64,000 nucleotides of DNA from Bryobacterales bacterium. GTDB lineage: Bacteria > Acidobacteriota > Terriglobia > Bryobacterales > UBA6623. A model generated the notes under the pieces. That model did not search any database. It was not told the origin of the DNA and was given only the letters and a program-made list of their open reading frames with translations. Positions 33,061 through 43,044 of this stretch are shown piece by piece. The first letter of the stretch is position 1, and each line of letters opens with the position of its first letter. The DNA is taken from the NCBI GenBank assembly GCA_963422375.2, contig OY729428.2, positions 224,001 to 288,000 of the forward strand, in the 5' to 3' direction. The position numbers were made by a program, and so were the translations under genes.

Positions 33061-33141
33061 TAGCTTCCAAGCGGTTGCAGTAGGTCCGTGGGACGAAGAT
33101 CGGGCCGATCCGGGCCGGCTCGCACGTTCTGCCACAAGCAC
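33058..33141. mobile_element. degenerate miniature derivative of the ISNCY-type left end
   Basis: Matches 30920-30990, then continues into an inverted left IR (gttctgccacaagcac). Confidence 0.65.
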
Positions 33142-33435
33142 GAGCTAATCGACAGGCCGGAGCAGCCCAACTAGAGCTAAGTGCATAACCAGATCGTGGC
33201 GCTTCTCGCAGGCAGCTGCTTGAGCCGGTCGAGGGGCGTCTCAAGACGTCGACATCCGAGTGCGCAGCGCAAGGATCGGCCGGATTGACAGGCAAGCACA
33301 CGGTGGATCGTGCGGTACGAGAATCTGCGCTGATCGGGACACGCCGCAACTGGGTTCGCTCTTGCCGAAACACGCGCCGGAGGGGCCCTCTGGGACTCCG
33401 GCACGAACGGCGCGAAACGGGCTGAGGAACTCGAA

Positions 33436-34986
33436 TCACTGCGGCCGTACGGACAGCCGCTCGATGCGTTGCGCGTCAGCACCCGAGGCCCTCGCCCGGA
33501 GTTTCCGGTACGTCTCCAGCGCCATCGTCGCGCTCGCCGAGTCACCGAGTTGGCCGTAGGCTTGCCCGAGCCTGTAGTGGTAGCTGCCGTCCGGGTCCGC
33601 ATCGAGGATTCGCTCGAGTTGCTCGATCGCTCTCTGCGGTTGGCCGTCCAGCAGATAGGCGCGGCTCAGCTCGGCACGGGCGCGCTCGGAATCGGGGCGA
33701 ATCCGCACGGCGCGCGAGAGGCTGGCGATGGCCTTGGCCAAGCCGTGGAGGCTCAGGCTTGCGCTGCCGTGAAGGAAATGCATCTCCGGAGTCGCCCTGT
33801 CCGGGAGGAATCGTTCGAGCACGCCGAGCACCCCCGCGTAGTCCTGCGCTTCGTATGACGCGCTGGCGAGGCCTGTCGCCAGCACGGGATTCGAAGGATC
33901 GAGATCCAAGGCCCGCCGCCAGCTGCGCGCTGCCTGGCGGTGCGATCCGCCGAGGTCAAGCCGGCGGGCGCGCAATTCATGCAGCTGGGCGGACTCGGGC
34001 ATCGCCGCCAAGCGCCGGATGGCTTGGCTTGCCAGAGCGGCGTGGGCGCGTGACCGCCAGAACAGGCTCGCTGGAGACGACGCGTCGGCGGTCGAATCCA
34101 CGAGATCCGCATACTCACCCCGCTCGTAAATGCAACCGGCATCCGGGCCCGTGCAGTTCGTCACGCCCGGCTCCGGATTCGCGCGCTCGAGACCTGCGGC
34201 TCTGTCCGAGTGCCCGGTCTCGCGGTAGATCGCGGCCAGCGCTCGCACGACTATCCGGGTGGCGGCTTGTCCTAGCGCGTCCCGACGGGCTAGCGCCTCC
34301 CGCAAGTGAGACGAGGCTAACCCGTAGCCGCCTCGGTCCCGAGCTTCCAGCCCAGCCGAAGCCTGCGCGAACGCGTCCCCGGCGAACGAGCGCTCCAGCG
34401 AGCGGGAGTCCGCAGCTTGCAGCTTGCGATGAACCCGGTTCAGTCCGTACCAAACCCGCGGATTGGTCTCCAGCTGGGTCGCCACCGCTCGGAAATGATG
34501 CAGCGCTTCGCCATGCCTCTCCAGCAGCAGGAGCGACTCCGCCAGCATCAGGCGGGCGTTAGGTTCGTCCGGCCGGTCGCTGAGGACTCGCGTCAACGGG
34601 CCGATCGCAGCGCCGTACTCGCGGAGCTGGAAGTGGCTCGCTCCCAAGAACAACCGGGCCGCCACCGACCGGGGGTTCAACTGTAGCGTCTGGCGGCAAA
34701 GGCTGATTGTTTCCCTGTACTGCGCGGCCTTGAACCGGGCCACGGCAAGGTTCCGCCGGATCCGTGAGTCGCCAGGAGCGGCCTCGAGCAGTTCCAGATA
34801 AATCGGAACCGCTTCCGCAGCCCGGCCGGACTCGACCAGCGACCGCGCCCGGGTTGCGGCGCGATGGGCCGCCGCTTCGGGATCCGCGCGAATCCCCGGA
34901 ACGGCCAGCGAGCACGCCGCCAGGGCGAGGCACCGGCCGATCGCGCCAGGTCCAGCTGGCCGAGTCCGCCGGGCGGGCCACCCCAT
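33436..34986 (-). CDS. exported TPR repeat protein with CX6C linker
   Basis: TPR units; CTGPDAGC; final DGSYHYRLGQAY unit. Confidence 0.85.
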   Translation of the reverse strand: MGWPARRTRPAGPGAIGRCLALAACSLAVPGIRADPEAAAHRAATRARSLVESGRAAEAVPIYLELLEAAPGDSRIRRNLAVARFKAAQYRETISLCRQTLQLNPRSVAARLFLGASHFQLREYGAAIGPLTRVLSDRPDEPNARLMLAESLLLLERHGEALHHFRAVATQLETNPRVWYGLNRVHRKLQAADSRSLERSFAGDAFAQASAGLEARDRGGYGLASSHLREALARRDALGQAATRIVVRALAAIYRETGHSDRAAGLERANPEPGVTNCTGPDAGCIYERGEYADLVDSTADASSPASLFWRSRAHAALASQAIRRLAAMPESAQLHELRARRLDLGGSHRQAARSWRRALDLDPSNPVLATGLASASYEAQDYAGVLGVLERFLPDRATPEMHFLHGSASLSLHGLAKAIASLSRAVRIRPDSERARAELSRAYLLDGQPQRAIEQLERILDADPDGSYHYRLGQAYGQLGDSASATMALETYRKLRARASGADAQRIERLSVRPQ

Positions 34987-34992
34987 ATCCGC

Positions 34993-36273
34993 CTAGCCCA
35001 GCAGCCCGGGGATCAGCTCTCCTCCGTTGGCCGCCTTGACCGGCCGACGCAGCGGCGTGTCGTATTCGTGCGTGGGGTCGATCCCTAGGATCGTGCAGAG
35101 GGTGTACATCAGATTCTCCGGTTCCACAGGGAGGTCCGTGACCTCCGCCGCGTGCTTGTCCGTGGCCCCTAGAACCCGTCCGCCGGGTATGCCGGCACCC
35201 GCGAGCGCGATCGACCAGCAGTCGTTGTGGTGGTCGCGCCCGGCACCTGCGTTGATCTTGGGCGTGCGGCCGAACTCGCCCATCGCTAGGACGAGGGTCG
35301 TGTCGAGCATGCCGCGCTGGTCTAAGTCCTCCAAGAGCGAGGCGAAAGCGCGGTCGAATTCGGGCAGCAGCAGCTTCTTCATCGTGTTGAAGTTGTCGCC
35401 GTGCGTGTCGTAGTTGAGCCAGCCCTTCGCGACCGTCACGAAACGCACCCCGCCCTCGACCAAGCGGCGGGCGAGCAGGCAGCCCTGGCCCACGGGCGTG
35501 CGTCCGTAACGCTCTCGCAGGGCGGCGGGTTCGGCCTCGACGTCGAAGGCCTTCTTCGCGCTCGGGGAGCTAAGCAGCGAGTACGCCTTCTCGTAGTACG
35601 AGTCCATCGACCGGAAGCCGCGGCTGCTCTCGACGGCCCGGAACTTCGCGTCCATGCTCTCGAGCAGCTTGCGCCGATTTCCGAGCCGCGACCAGTCCAC
35701 GTCGGCCGAGAGGCTCAGGTCGCGGGCCTGGTAGCCGGGCGTGTTCGGGTTCCCGGCGTTGAATGGGTTGTGCCCGCTGCCCAAGTACCCGGCGCCGTAG
35801 GACGGGAACGTCTGCGGCACCGCCACGTAGGCCGGCAGCCCGTTCCTCGCGCCGAGCCGCTCCGAGACGATGGAACCCAAGCTGGGAAACTCGATCGTCG
35901 GCAGCGGCAGGTAGCCCGTCAGCAGGTAGTTGATGGCCCGCTCGTGGTTGTTCTCCTTCGACCGCATGGACCGGAGGATCGTGAACCGGTCGGTCTGCCG
36001 GGCGGTGAACGGCAGGTGCTCGCAAATCTGTACGCCGGGCGTGTTGGTGGGAATCGGCTTGAACTCGCCGCGGTATTCCGACGGTGCGTCGGGCTTCATG
36101 TCGAAGGTGTCCTGGTGCGGGCAGCCGCCGCTCTGCCAGATCAGGATGCAGGAGATGTCCTTGCCGGCATCGGCGCGCAGCGCCTGGTGCAGGCTGAGTC
36201 CCAGCGGTGCCAGCGAGCCCACCCTGACGAAGTCGCGTCGTCCGAACAGCGACGTGTGGTTGGTGATCCGCAT
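34993..36273 (-). CDS. DUF1501 family protein (Tat-type)
   Basis: GRRDFVRVG, GGCPHQDTFDMKP, YDTH, GEFGRTPKIN and GRDH motifs; start at MRITNH. Confidence 0.92.
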   Translation of the reverse strand: MRITNHTSLFGRRDFVRVGSLAPLGLSLHQALRADAGKDISCILIWQSGGCPHQDTFDMKPDAPSEYRGEFKPIPTNTPGVQICEHLPFTARQTDRFTILRSMRSKENNHERAINYLLTGYLPLPTIEFPSLGSIVSERLGARNGLPAYVAVPQTFPSYGAGYLGSGHNPFNAGNPNTPGYQARDLSLSADVDWSRLGNRRKLLESMDAKFRAVESSRGFRSMDSYYEKAYSLLSSPSAKKAFDVEAEPAALRERYGRTPVGQGCLLARRLVEGGVRFVTVAKGWLNYDTHGDNFNTMKKLLLPEFDRAFASLLEDLDQRGMLDTTLVLAMGEFGRTPKINAGAGRDHHNDCWSIALAGAGIPGGRVLGATDKHAAEVTDLPVEPENLMYTLCTILGIDPTHEYDTPLRRPVKAANGGELIPGLLG

Positions 36274-36296
36274 GGCTCCGGTCTCCGTTCGTCCGG

Positions 36297-38714
36297 TCAG
36301 TGCTGGTACAGGAACTCCTTGGAGTTCAGCAGGGCCCAGAAGACGTCTTCCAGCCCCTGCGTTCGATCGCGAGCGTCGCGGACCGCCGCCCGGGAGGCCT
36401 CCAGCTCGGCCGGATCGGGGAAGCGCGCCAGCGTCCGCAGGTACAGCTCCTCGATGATCCGGGCGTCGCCCAGCCCCCGCTCGATCAGCTGCCGGAGCGC
36501 TCCGCCCTCGTCGCGCACCTTGCCGTGGACGGTGTCCCCGCTCACCAGGTGCAGCGCCTGGTTCAGCGAGCTGGTGGTGGCGCGGTCGGAGACGAGCTGG
36601 CGCGAGGGCCGGTCGAAGACATCGAGGAAGTACGAGGGCACCTCGGGCTCCGGGAGCTGCGCGGCGCGGGTTCCGGGATACATCGACGGATACTCCTCGG
36701 GGACACCGGTGGCCAGCACGATGGAATCCAGTAGCTGCTCGGCGCTCAGCCGCAGGGCGTAGAAGTGCGAGTGCCCGAGCGTGTCCTCGCGATTGGCCTC
36801 GGTGGGCGTCGCCGACAGCTGGTAGGCGCAGCTGGTGGCGATCTCGCGAATGAGGGCCTTCAGGTCGTACCCGCCCGCAACGAAGCCGTCCGCCAGCGCG
36901 TCCAGCAGCTCGGGGTTCGAAGGCGGGTTCGTCTCGCGGAAGTCGTCCACCGGCTCCACGATGCCCCGGCCCATGAACTGCTTCCACATGCGGTTGACGA
37001 TCGCCCGGCTGAAGTAGGGGTTCCCGGCAGCCGTCATCCAGTCCGCGAGGGCCGCGCGCCGGTCCGAGCGACCGCCGGTGCCAACGCGCCGGCCGCCGAG
37101 GGCCTTGGGCCGGTAGGTCTTCTCGGTCTCGGGATGCTTGAACTCGCGGTCGAAGTCCAGGTAGAGCGCCCGCTCGTTGTTCCGCGGGCCGACCCCGCCC
37201 TTGTAGCTCACCTGCGAGAAGAACGCCGCCATCCCGTTGTAGTCGTCCTGCGTCCAGCGCTCCATGGGATGGTCGTGGCAGCGCGCGCACTCGATCCGCA
37301 CGCCTAGGAAAAGCTGGCTCGCCTGAGCCGCCAGATCCAGCGGCTTCTTCATGAGCGGGTAGAAGCTCGTGGCCGGACTGTCGTACATGTTGCCGGACGA
37401 GGTCATCAGCGCCCGCACGAACTCGTCGTAGGGCATGTTGTCGCGGAACGCGTCGTACAGCCAGCGGGTGAAGGTGTAGGGCCCCTTGTTGTACAGGAGC
37501 TGCTTGGTGTTGTTGAGGTGATCGCCCCAGTACAGCGACCAGAAGTCGGCGTACTCGGGGCGCTCGAGGAGCCGGTCCACGAGCTTGGCGCGCTTGTCCG
37601 GGTCCGTGTCGGCGAGGAACGCCCGCGCCGCGCCCGAGTCGGGGATCACCCCGATGATGTCGAGGTAGGCCCGTCTCAGGAAGGTCGCGTCGTCGGCCGC
37701 TCCCGAGGGCGGCACTTGCAGCTCCCGGAGCTTGCCGAGCAGGTGCCGGTCGATCGGGTGGTCGCAGGCGACGTCCGGCACGGGATGCCTCTCGGTGACC
37801 ACGCCGATTCGGGCGGCAGCGACGGCCCCTCCCGCGCGCACCAGCACGGTCGTCTGCCCTCGGGCGCGCGAGGTCACCGTGCCGCGCTGGTCCACGCCGG
37901 CGACACTCTCGTCGTGCGACTCGAAATGAGCGAGGCGGGTGAAGTCCGCCTCGGTCCCGTCCGAGAAGCGGGCCGTCACCAGCAGCGGCAGGCTGGCCGC
38001 GGCGCTCTGGAACACGATTTCGGGCGGATGGACGGCAAGGCTCTCGACGCGCTTCTCGACGGCGGGATCGAGCCGTGCCCCGTCGCGGATCCAGGAGAGG
38101 ATGGCACGGTACCCGGGCGAATCGGTCGCGAGCACCTGCCCGCCGCCGTGGGCCTCAAGGAAGGTGGGCTTTCGCAGGAAGAGACTCCGCTCCGGCGCCG
38201 CGCGGTCGATGCGCCGTCCGCCCTCCGCCTCGGCGATCATGGAGTAGTCCTCGTCGGGGCGGTAGCCGAACAGGGACAGCTTGAAGCCGTTCTGGCCGTT
38301 CATCGCGCCGTGGCAGTTGCCGCCGTTGCAGCCCGCCTTGGAGAGAACGGGGACGACGTCTCCGCCGAAGCTGGTCGGCAGGGGCGCTTCCGCCCGCTGG
38401 ACGAGGGCCGTCGTGCTGCCGCGCAAGCCTCGGAGTGTCGCCGTGATGCGCGCGCCTCCGAAGGACTCGGCGCGCACCGTCCCGTCCGCCGAAACGGCCG
38501 CTACCGCGGGGCTGGCCGAGCGGAAGAGCGCTCTGGACGTGACGTCCTCGGTCCGGCCGTCGCCGTGCTTGGCCAGCACGACCAGGCGCTGCTCGGCTCC
38601 CTTGCCGAACAGGAGGGGATTCTCCGGCAGCACGAGAAGCCTCTCGGGCGCGGAACCTAGGGCCGCGAGGCACGCGAGGGCGCCCGATGCCGCGAGTCGC
38701 GTCAGTCTCCGCAT
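36297..38714 (-). CDS. DUF1549/DUF1553 protein with Ig-like domains and CxxCH
   Basis: GCNGGNCHG...GFKLSLFG, FLRRAYLD, CARCHDHP, NPYFSRAIVNR, RLSAEQLLD and WALLNSKEF. Confidence 0.92.
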   Translation of the reverse strand: MRRLTRLAASGALACLAALGSAPERLLVLPENPLLFGKGAEQRLVVLAKHGDGRTEDVTSRALFRSASPAVAAVSADGTVRAESFGGARITATLRGLRGSTTALVQRAEAPLPTSFGGDVVPVLSKAGCNGGNCHGAMNGQNGFKLSLFGYRPDEDYSMIAEAEGGRRIDRAAPERSLFLRKPTFLEAHGGGQVLATDSPGYRAILSWIRDGARLDPAVEKRVESLAVHPPEIVFQSAAASLPLLVTARFSDGTEADFTRLAHFESHDESVAGVDQRGTVTSRARGQTTVLVRAGGAVAAARIGVVTERHPVPDVACDHPIDRHLLGKLRELQVPPSGAADDATFLRRAYLDIIGVIPDSGAARAFLADTDPDKRAKLVDRLLERPEYADFWSLYWGDHLNNTKQLLYNKGPYTFTRWLYDAFRDNMPYDEFVRALMTSSGNMYDSPATSFYPLMKKPLDLAAQASQLFLGVRIECARCHDHPMERWTQDDYNGMAAFFSQVSYKGGVGPRNNERALYLDFDREFKHPETEKTYRPKALGGRRVGTGGRSDRRAALADWMTAAGNPYFSRAIVNRMWKQFMGRGIVEPVDDFRETNPPSNPELLDALADGFVAGGYDLKALIREIATSCAYQLSATPTEANREDTLGHSHFYALRLSAEQLLDSIVLATGVPEEYPSMYPGTRAAQLPEPEVPSYFLDVFDRPSRQLVSDRATTSSLNQALHLVSGDTVHGKVRDEGGALRQLIERGLGDARIIEELYLRTLARFPDPAELEASRAAVRDARDRTQGLEDVFWALLNSKEFLYQH

Positions 38715-38717
38715 TCC

Positions 38718-40751
38718 TCAGTCAACGACCACCGTGACCACCGGCGCCTGCTCCTGCGCGCCTGATTCAGCGGTCCCAATCACGGCGACGGTCGGATAGG
38801 AGCCTCGGACGGCGTCGGCGCCGGCCTGCAGTCCTATGGTAATGGCGCGCCTGTCGCCGGCGGCGGTCGCCGGGTCGAAAGACACGCCTGGCGGCAGGTT
38901 CTCGAAGCCGAACCGGACCGCTTCCGCGAAGCCCTTGTCGCGGAGCAGCTCCACGGGCAGCGCCGCCCGCCCGCCTCGTACCAGGTTGACCGTCCGGAGC
39001 TGGGCCGCGAGTTCGAACCGCGGCCGCTCGGCGATCGCGAACGCGAGGCCTTGAAGACGGGTTTCCGTCGCGCCCTCGCCGCCGCCGCTGGCGATGCGCA
39101 CGTCGCTCCAAGCAGGCGTGCCGGTGCGAGTCGCGACCACTTGGACCGCTGCGCGCGTCCTCTCGGGCGAATCGGTGCGCAGGGAGATGGTCGCCTTCTG
39201 GCTGCGGTCGCCCTCGGGCACCGAAAGCGCGGCGGCTGCCGGGACGACGACAGGCTCCGCCGTCACCCCGGAAGGGAGCCCGATCACGGAGAGTTCCACG
39301 CTCTCGCCGTGCCCTTCGATTCGACGGACGCTGAGCCCTAGAGTGGCCTCCCCGCCGGGGTAGGCGTGGATCCTGTCCCTGTCGAGCAGCAGCTCAATCG
39401 CTGGTCGCGGCCGTCGCGCCTCGAGATGGTACGGCGCGGGCAGGCGCGACGTCTGCCACAGGTTGCGGACTTGCAGCTCGTACTCTCCACTCTTGCGGAA
39501 TGTATGGAACAGCTTGGGATCCTTGTTGAAGCGGACTCCGGGAAGATCCGCGTCGTCGTTCGACGCGACCTCCGGGCAGCAATCGCCGCCGTCCTCCCCG
39601 CGCCGGATCTCTACGAGGCGCAGCGTGACGTCGGTCGGCGAGCCGAGGCGGCGGGCGAGGACCTCGAACACCACCGTCTCCCCCTCGGAGGCTTCAAACG
39701 CGAAGCGGTCGGGGCGTTCGTAAGGGGCCACCCCTTGTACCGCCGAGGGGACCGTGAGGGCCGTCCCGACGACATGGACGGGCAGGTCATGCACCCAGAA
39801 GGGGACGGGGTTCGACCGACCGCGCGGTGTCTCCACGGATAGGGAGTGGAGGCCTCGGGGCGCTTCCGGATCGACCTCGACGAGAACTTCGCCGCGGTCT
39901 CCGTCCATGGAGACCACCCTGCCGCTGGCACCCTCTTGGGAAAACTCCAAAGAAGCTCCGGAGGAGTCCAGCCCGGTCCCGACGACGGTCGCCGACACGG
40001 CGGTCCCGGCCTTGAGCGCCAAGGGCACTAGTAGGTCGAGGTGCGGCGCCCGCCGAATGTCGAGCTGGTAGCCGAAGGTCGGGCGCGCTCGCCCGCGGGT
40101 GGGTTGCAGCGCGAGGTAGTACGCGCCCCCGGCCTCGAACCGGTGGCTGAAGAACGGATCCCAGATGAAACGGTCCTCGCTATGCTGCAGCTTCGCCCCG
40201 TCGCTGCCGAGCAGGATCATCGAGGCATCCAGACCGCTGCCGTTGCGGGCCGCCTTGAGGTCGAAAATCCACCGGTCGCCCGCCTCGGCCCGGAAGCGGA
40301 AGATGTCGATGTCGTCGGCTCGGTCGATCCTTCCGTTCAGCGTGGTCGGCGGGTGGACGGCCTGGGCCCGGCCGAGAGCGCCGTTCGGCTCCGCCTCGAG
40401 GCGGTGGGGCTGGTCGCCGACGCGGAAGAGCATGACGTTCGACGCGCCTCGCGGTCCGAACGCACGGAAGTAGTGCGGTCCGAGACCCGCGGACGAATCC
40501 ACCTCCAGCGCCAGGGACACCCGGGTGTGGCTGGTCGAGAGGACCGTCCCCCGGATCCCCGGTTGCAAGAATCCGACGGCTTCAAGCCTGTCGAGGTGCT
40601 GGCCGAGCACTTCGACGGTGAGGGCGGAACCCGGCTCGGCGCCCTGCGGGAAGACCGAGGCGAGGCGAGGCGACTTGTGCGCAGGGCGTCCGTCGGACGC
40701 ATGCCCAACCGCCACGGCCAGCAGCAGGACTGCGGCGAGTCGTCGCACCAT
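38718..40751 (-). CDS. exported PPC (pre-peptidase C-terminal) domain protein
   Basis: Signal peptide; SVFPQG, EAEPN, DIDIFRF and ARRLGSP motifs typical of DUF1549-operon PPC proteins. Confidence 0.8.
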   Translation of the reverse strand: MVRRLAAVLLLAVAVGHASDGRPAHKSPRLASVFPQGAEPGSALTVEVLGQHLDRLEAVGFLQPGIRGTVLSTSHTRVSLALEVDSSAGLGPHYFRAFGPRGASNVMLFRVGDQPHRLEAEPNGALGRAQAVHPPTTLNGRIDRADDIDIFRFRAEAGDRWIFDLKAARNGSGLDASMILLGSDGAKLQHSEDRFIWDPFFSHRFEAGGAYYLALQPTRGRARPTFGYQLDIRRAPHLDLLVPLALKAGTAVSATVVGTGLDSSGASLEFSQEGASGRVVSMDGDRGEVLVEVDPEAPRGLHSLSVETPRGRSNPVPFWVHDLPVHVVGTALTVPSAVQGVAPYERPDRFAFEASEGETVVFEVLARRLGSPTDVTLRLVEIRRGEDGGDCCPEVASNDDADLPGVRFNKDPKLFHTFRKSGEYELQVRNLWQTSRLPAPYHLEARRPRPAIELLLDRDRIHAYPGGEATLGLSVRRIEGHGESVELSVIGLPSGVTAEPVVVPAAAALSVPEGDRSQKATISLRTDSPERTRAAVQVVATRTGTPAWSDVRIASGGGEGATETRLQGLAFAIAERPRFELAAQLRTVNLVRGGRAALPVELLRDKGFAEAVRFGFENLPPGVSFDPATAAGDRRAITIGLQAGADAVRGSYPTVAVIGTAESGAQEQAPVVTVVVD

Positions 40752-40981
40752 GGATTGCCGAATTCATGTTACCCGCCCGAGCACCCGCTGGCGAGGGCCG
40801 ACCGAGGTCAGGCGAGCAGACCCGGCAAGGCGGGCTGCCGCGGCCCGCCCTGTGCTACGATCGGCGGAATTCGGGGCACGGACGCGGCGCGTAACCGAGA
40901 CCGGCGCGAGACCAGCTCGGCGTGCCGGAGCCTCCTGCCCGCTGATTTGCCGGGCGTAGCGGGGTCGATGGCGCGGGGGGC

Positions 40982-42746
40982 GTGCCGGTCGCTCTGGCGT
41001 TGGCGGCCGCGGCCCTGCTCCTCGGCCCGATATTTTCGGCCTTCGCGCAGGCCCGCAAGGACCTGGCGGATCTAGACCGGCTGGCCCGCCAGCGCATGGC
41101 CGAGGGCGACTATCGATCCGCCGTCGACTTGTATTCGGAGCTCGAACGGGCCTTGCCGCGCGACGAGGGCGTGAGCCTCAACGTCGCTATCGCCCTCCAT
41201 ATGGCGGGCCGGCACGGCGAAGCGCTCCCCAAATTGCGGAAGGCGCGGGAAGCCGGGGTCGGAGGGGCATACGTCCTGCACCTGATCGGGACGGCGCACG
41301 TCGCGCTGGGCGAGGACGCCCGCGCGCTCGAGCCGCTGCGCCGGGCGGTCGAGGCCGACCCAAGCATGAGCGCCGGGGTCGGCGCGCTGGCGGGGACTCT
41401 GGCCAGGATGGGCTCGCACGTCGAAGCGGCCCGGCAATTCCGGCGCTGGACCGAGCTTGCGCCACGCAACCCGGCGGCTTGGTTCGGCTTGGGCGTCACC
41501 TGCGCGACCGTGGCGCAAGCGGCTCTGCAGTCCTTGGAGCGAGAGGCCCCGGAATCGGCCCATATGGATGGTCGCCCTCGTCGCCGAAGTGCAGCTCGAG
41601 CGCGAGGAATACGCCAGCGCGATGCATCTGTTCCGGGAGGCCCTCCGCAGAAGGGCGGACCTGCCTGGCATCCACAGCGGCTTGGCGGAGATCTACCGCC
41701 GCACCGGCCACGCCGACTGGGCGGCCGTGGAGGACGGGCGCGAGCCCCGCAGCTCCGACGAGACTTGCGGTGACCGGTCGCCCGGCTGCCTCTACCGGCG
41801 GAAGCGCTGGGCCGAGTTGGCGGCGGTTGCGCAGGACCAGCCCGGCACGGAGCGCCACTTCTGGGTCTCCCGTGCCTATGGCGCGCTCGCCCGGAGAGCC
41901 TACGAGCGCCTGACGAGGCTGCCGCCCTCGGCCGAGAGCCACGAGTACGAGGCGCGGACCCACCGCGAGCGAGGACGCCACGACGCGGCGGCGGAGTCCT
42001 GGCGGGCCGCGCTGGAGGCTCGCCCGGGCAGCCCCGCCTACGAGACAGACCTTGCCATATCGCTGCAGATGGCGGGCCGCTTCGCAGAGGCACTCCCTCG
42101 GCTGGAACGCTTGATCGCGCAGTCCCCGGGCTCGGTCGAGCTCACCTACGCGCTGGGCCAGGCCCTGCTGAACTTGCAGCGAGCGGAAGACGCGGCGCCG
42201 CTCCTGGGCGAGGTCGCAGCGCGGGCGGCTAGTTTGTGCCTGTGACAAAACTCGTATCCTCTTGACAACAAAGGCGTTAGGTCCAATCTCTCAAGGCGAA
42301 GATTTCACTGGAATGCTACGACTAGTCCGAAATCCTGCCGATTCTGGGTAGAGCGCGGAAATCTTCGTGATTGGCGGCTGAGCAACTTCCGACCTTGGGC
42401 CCTATATGTTGTGTTTGGAGATCCATCCGACATCAGGATGTAGTATGAAATGCTGATCAGGCCAGAATTCAGGGGTTTTGTCACAAGCACTAGTTTCCTT
42501 CCCGCTCGCGCCTCTCTCGGCCTGGCGCTCCTCAGGCTGGACCGTGCGGCCGAGGCGATTCCGCATCTCGAAGCTGCCTTGCCTGCCGATTCGGACGGCA
42601 GCACGCACTTCCGCTTGGCGCAAGCCTTCCGGCAGGCCGGTCGCACGGCCGAGGCTGAGGGGATGCTGGCCAAGTACGGGGCGATGAGGCGCCAGACCGA
42701 AGAACGCGAAGCCTTCATCGAGAGACTCCAGATCACTCCGCCGTAG
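40982..42746 (+). pseudogene. exported TPR protein with CX6C linker, frameshifted and MITE-interrupted
   Basis: 4-bp duplication atggatgg at 41564-41571; MITE at 42236-42490; removing both yields one ORF ending DGSTHFRLAQAF...QITPP*. Confidence 0.85.
42236..42490. mobile_element. 255-bp MITE with ISNCY-type ends
   Basis: IRs gtgcctgtgacaaaa / ttttgtcacaagcac; TSD tagttt (42230-42235, 42491-42496); AT-rich, no transposase. Confidence 0.9.
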
Positions 42747-43044
42747 GTGCCGGAGCCGCTGCCTCGCGGGGGGGCCCGCGGGTCGGCTGGCGGCCTGCGC
42801 CTCGGCCCGGGATCGAGGTCCGGTCCCGGCGCAATCTCCGGGAGCGCGCCGCCCGACCGCTCTCGATGCGGGTCCAGGCCCTGCGGGCGGCGGTCCGCGA
42901 GGCGGCTACCCGGCCTGCTCGCGAACGGGCTTTGGCGGTCTCCGCGGCGCTTCGGCGCTGCCAGCCCGCTCGCCCGCGACGGGGCGGGCCCAGAAGTCGC
43001 GGTTGGCCGGAGCCGCAAGAGGGCTAAACCTGTACGATAGGGGC

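Noticed and set aside
36274..37290. Apparent 765-aa DUF1501 fusion
   Set aside because: The extension overlaps the DUF1549 gene in another frame; the Tat motif places the start at 36273.
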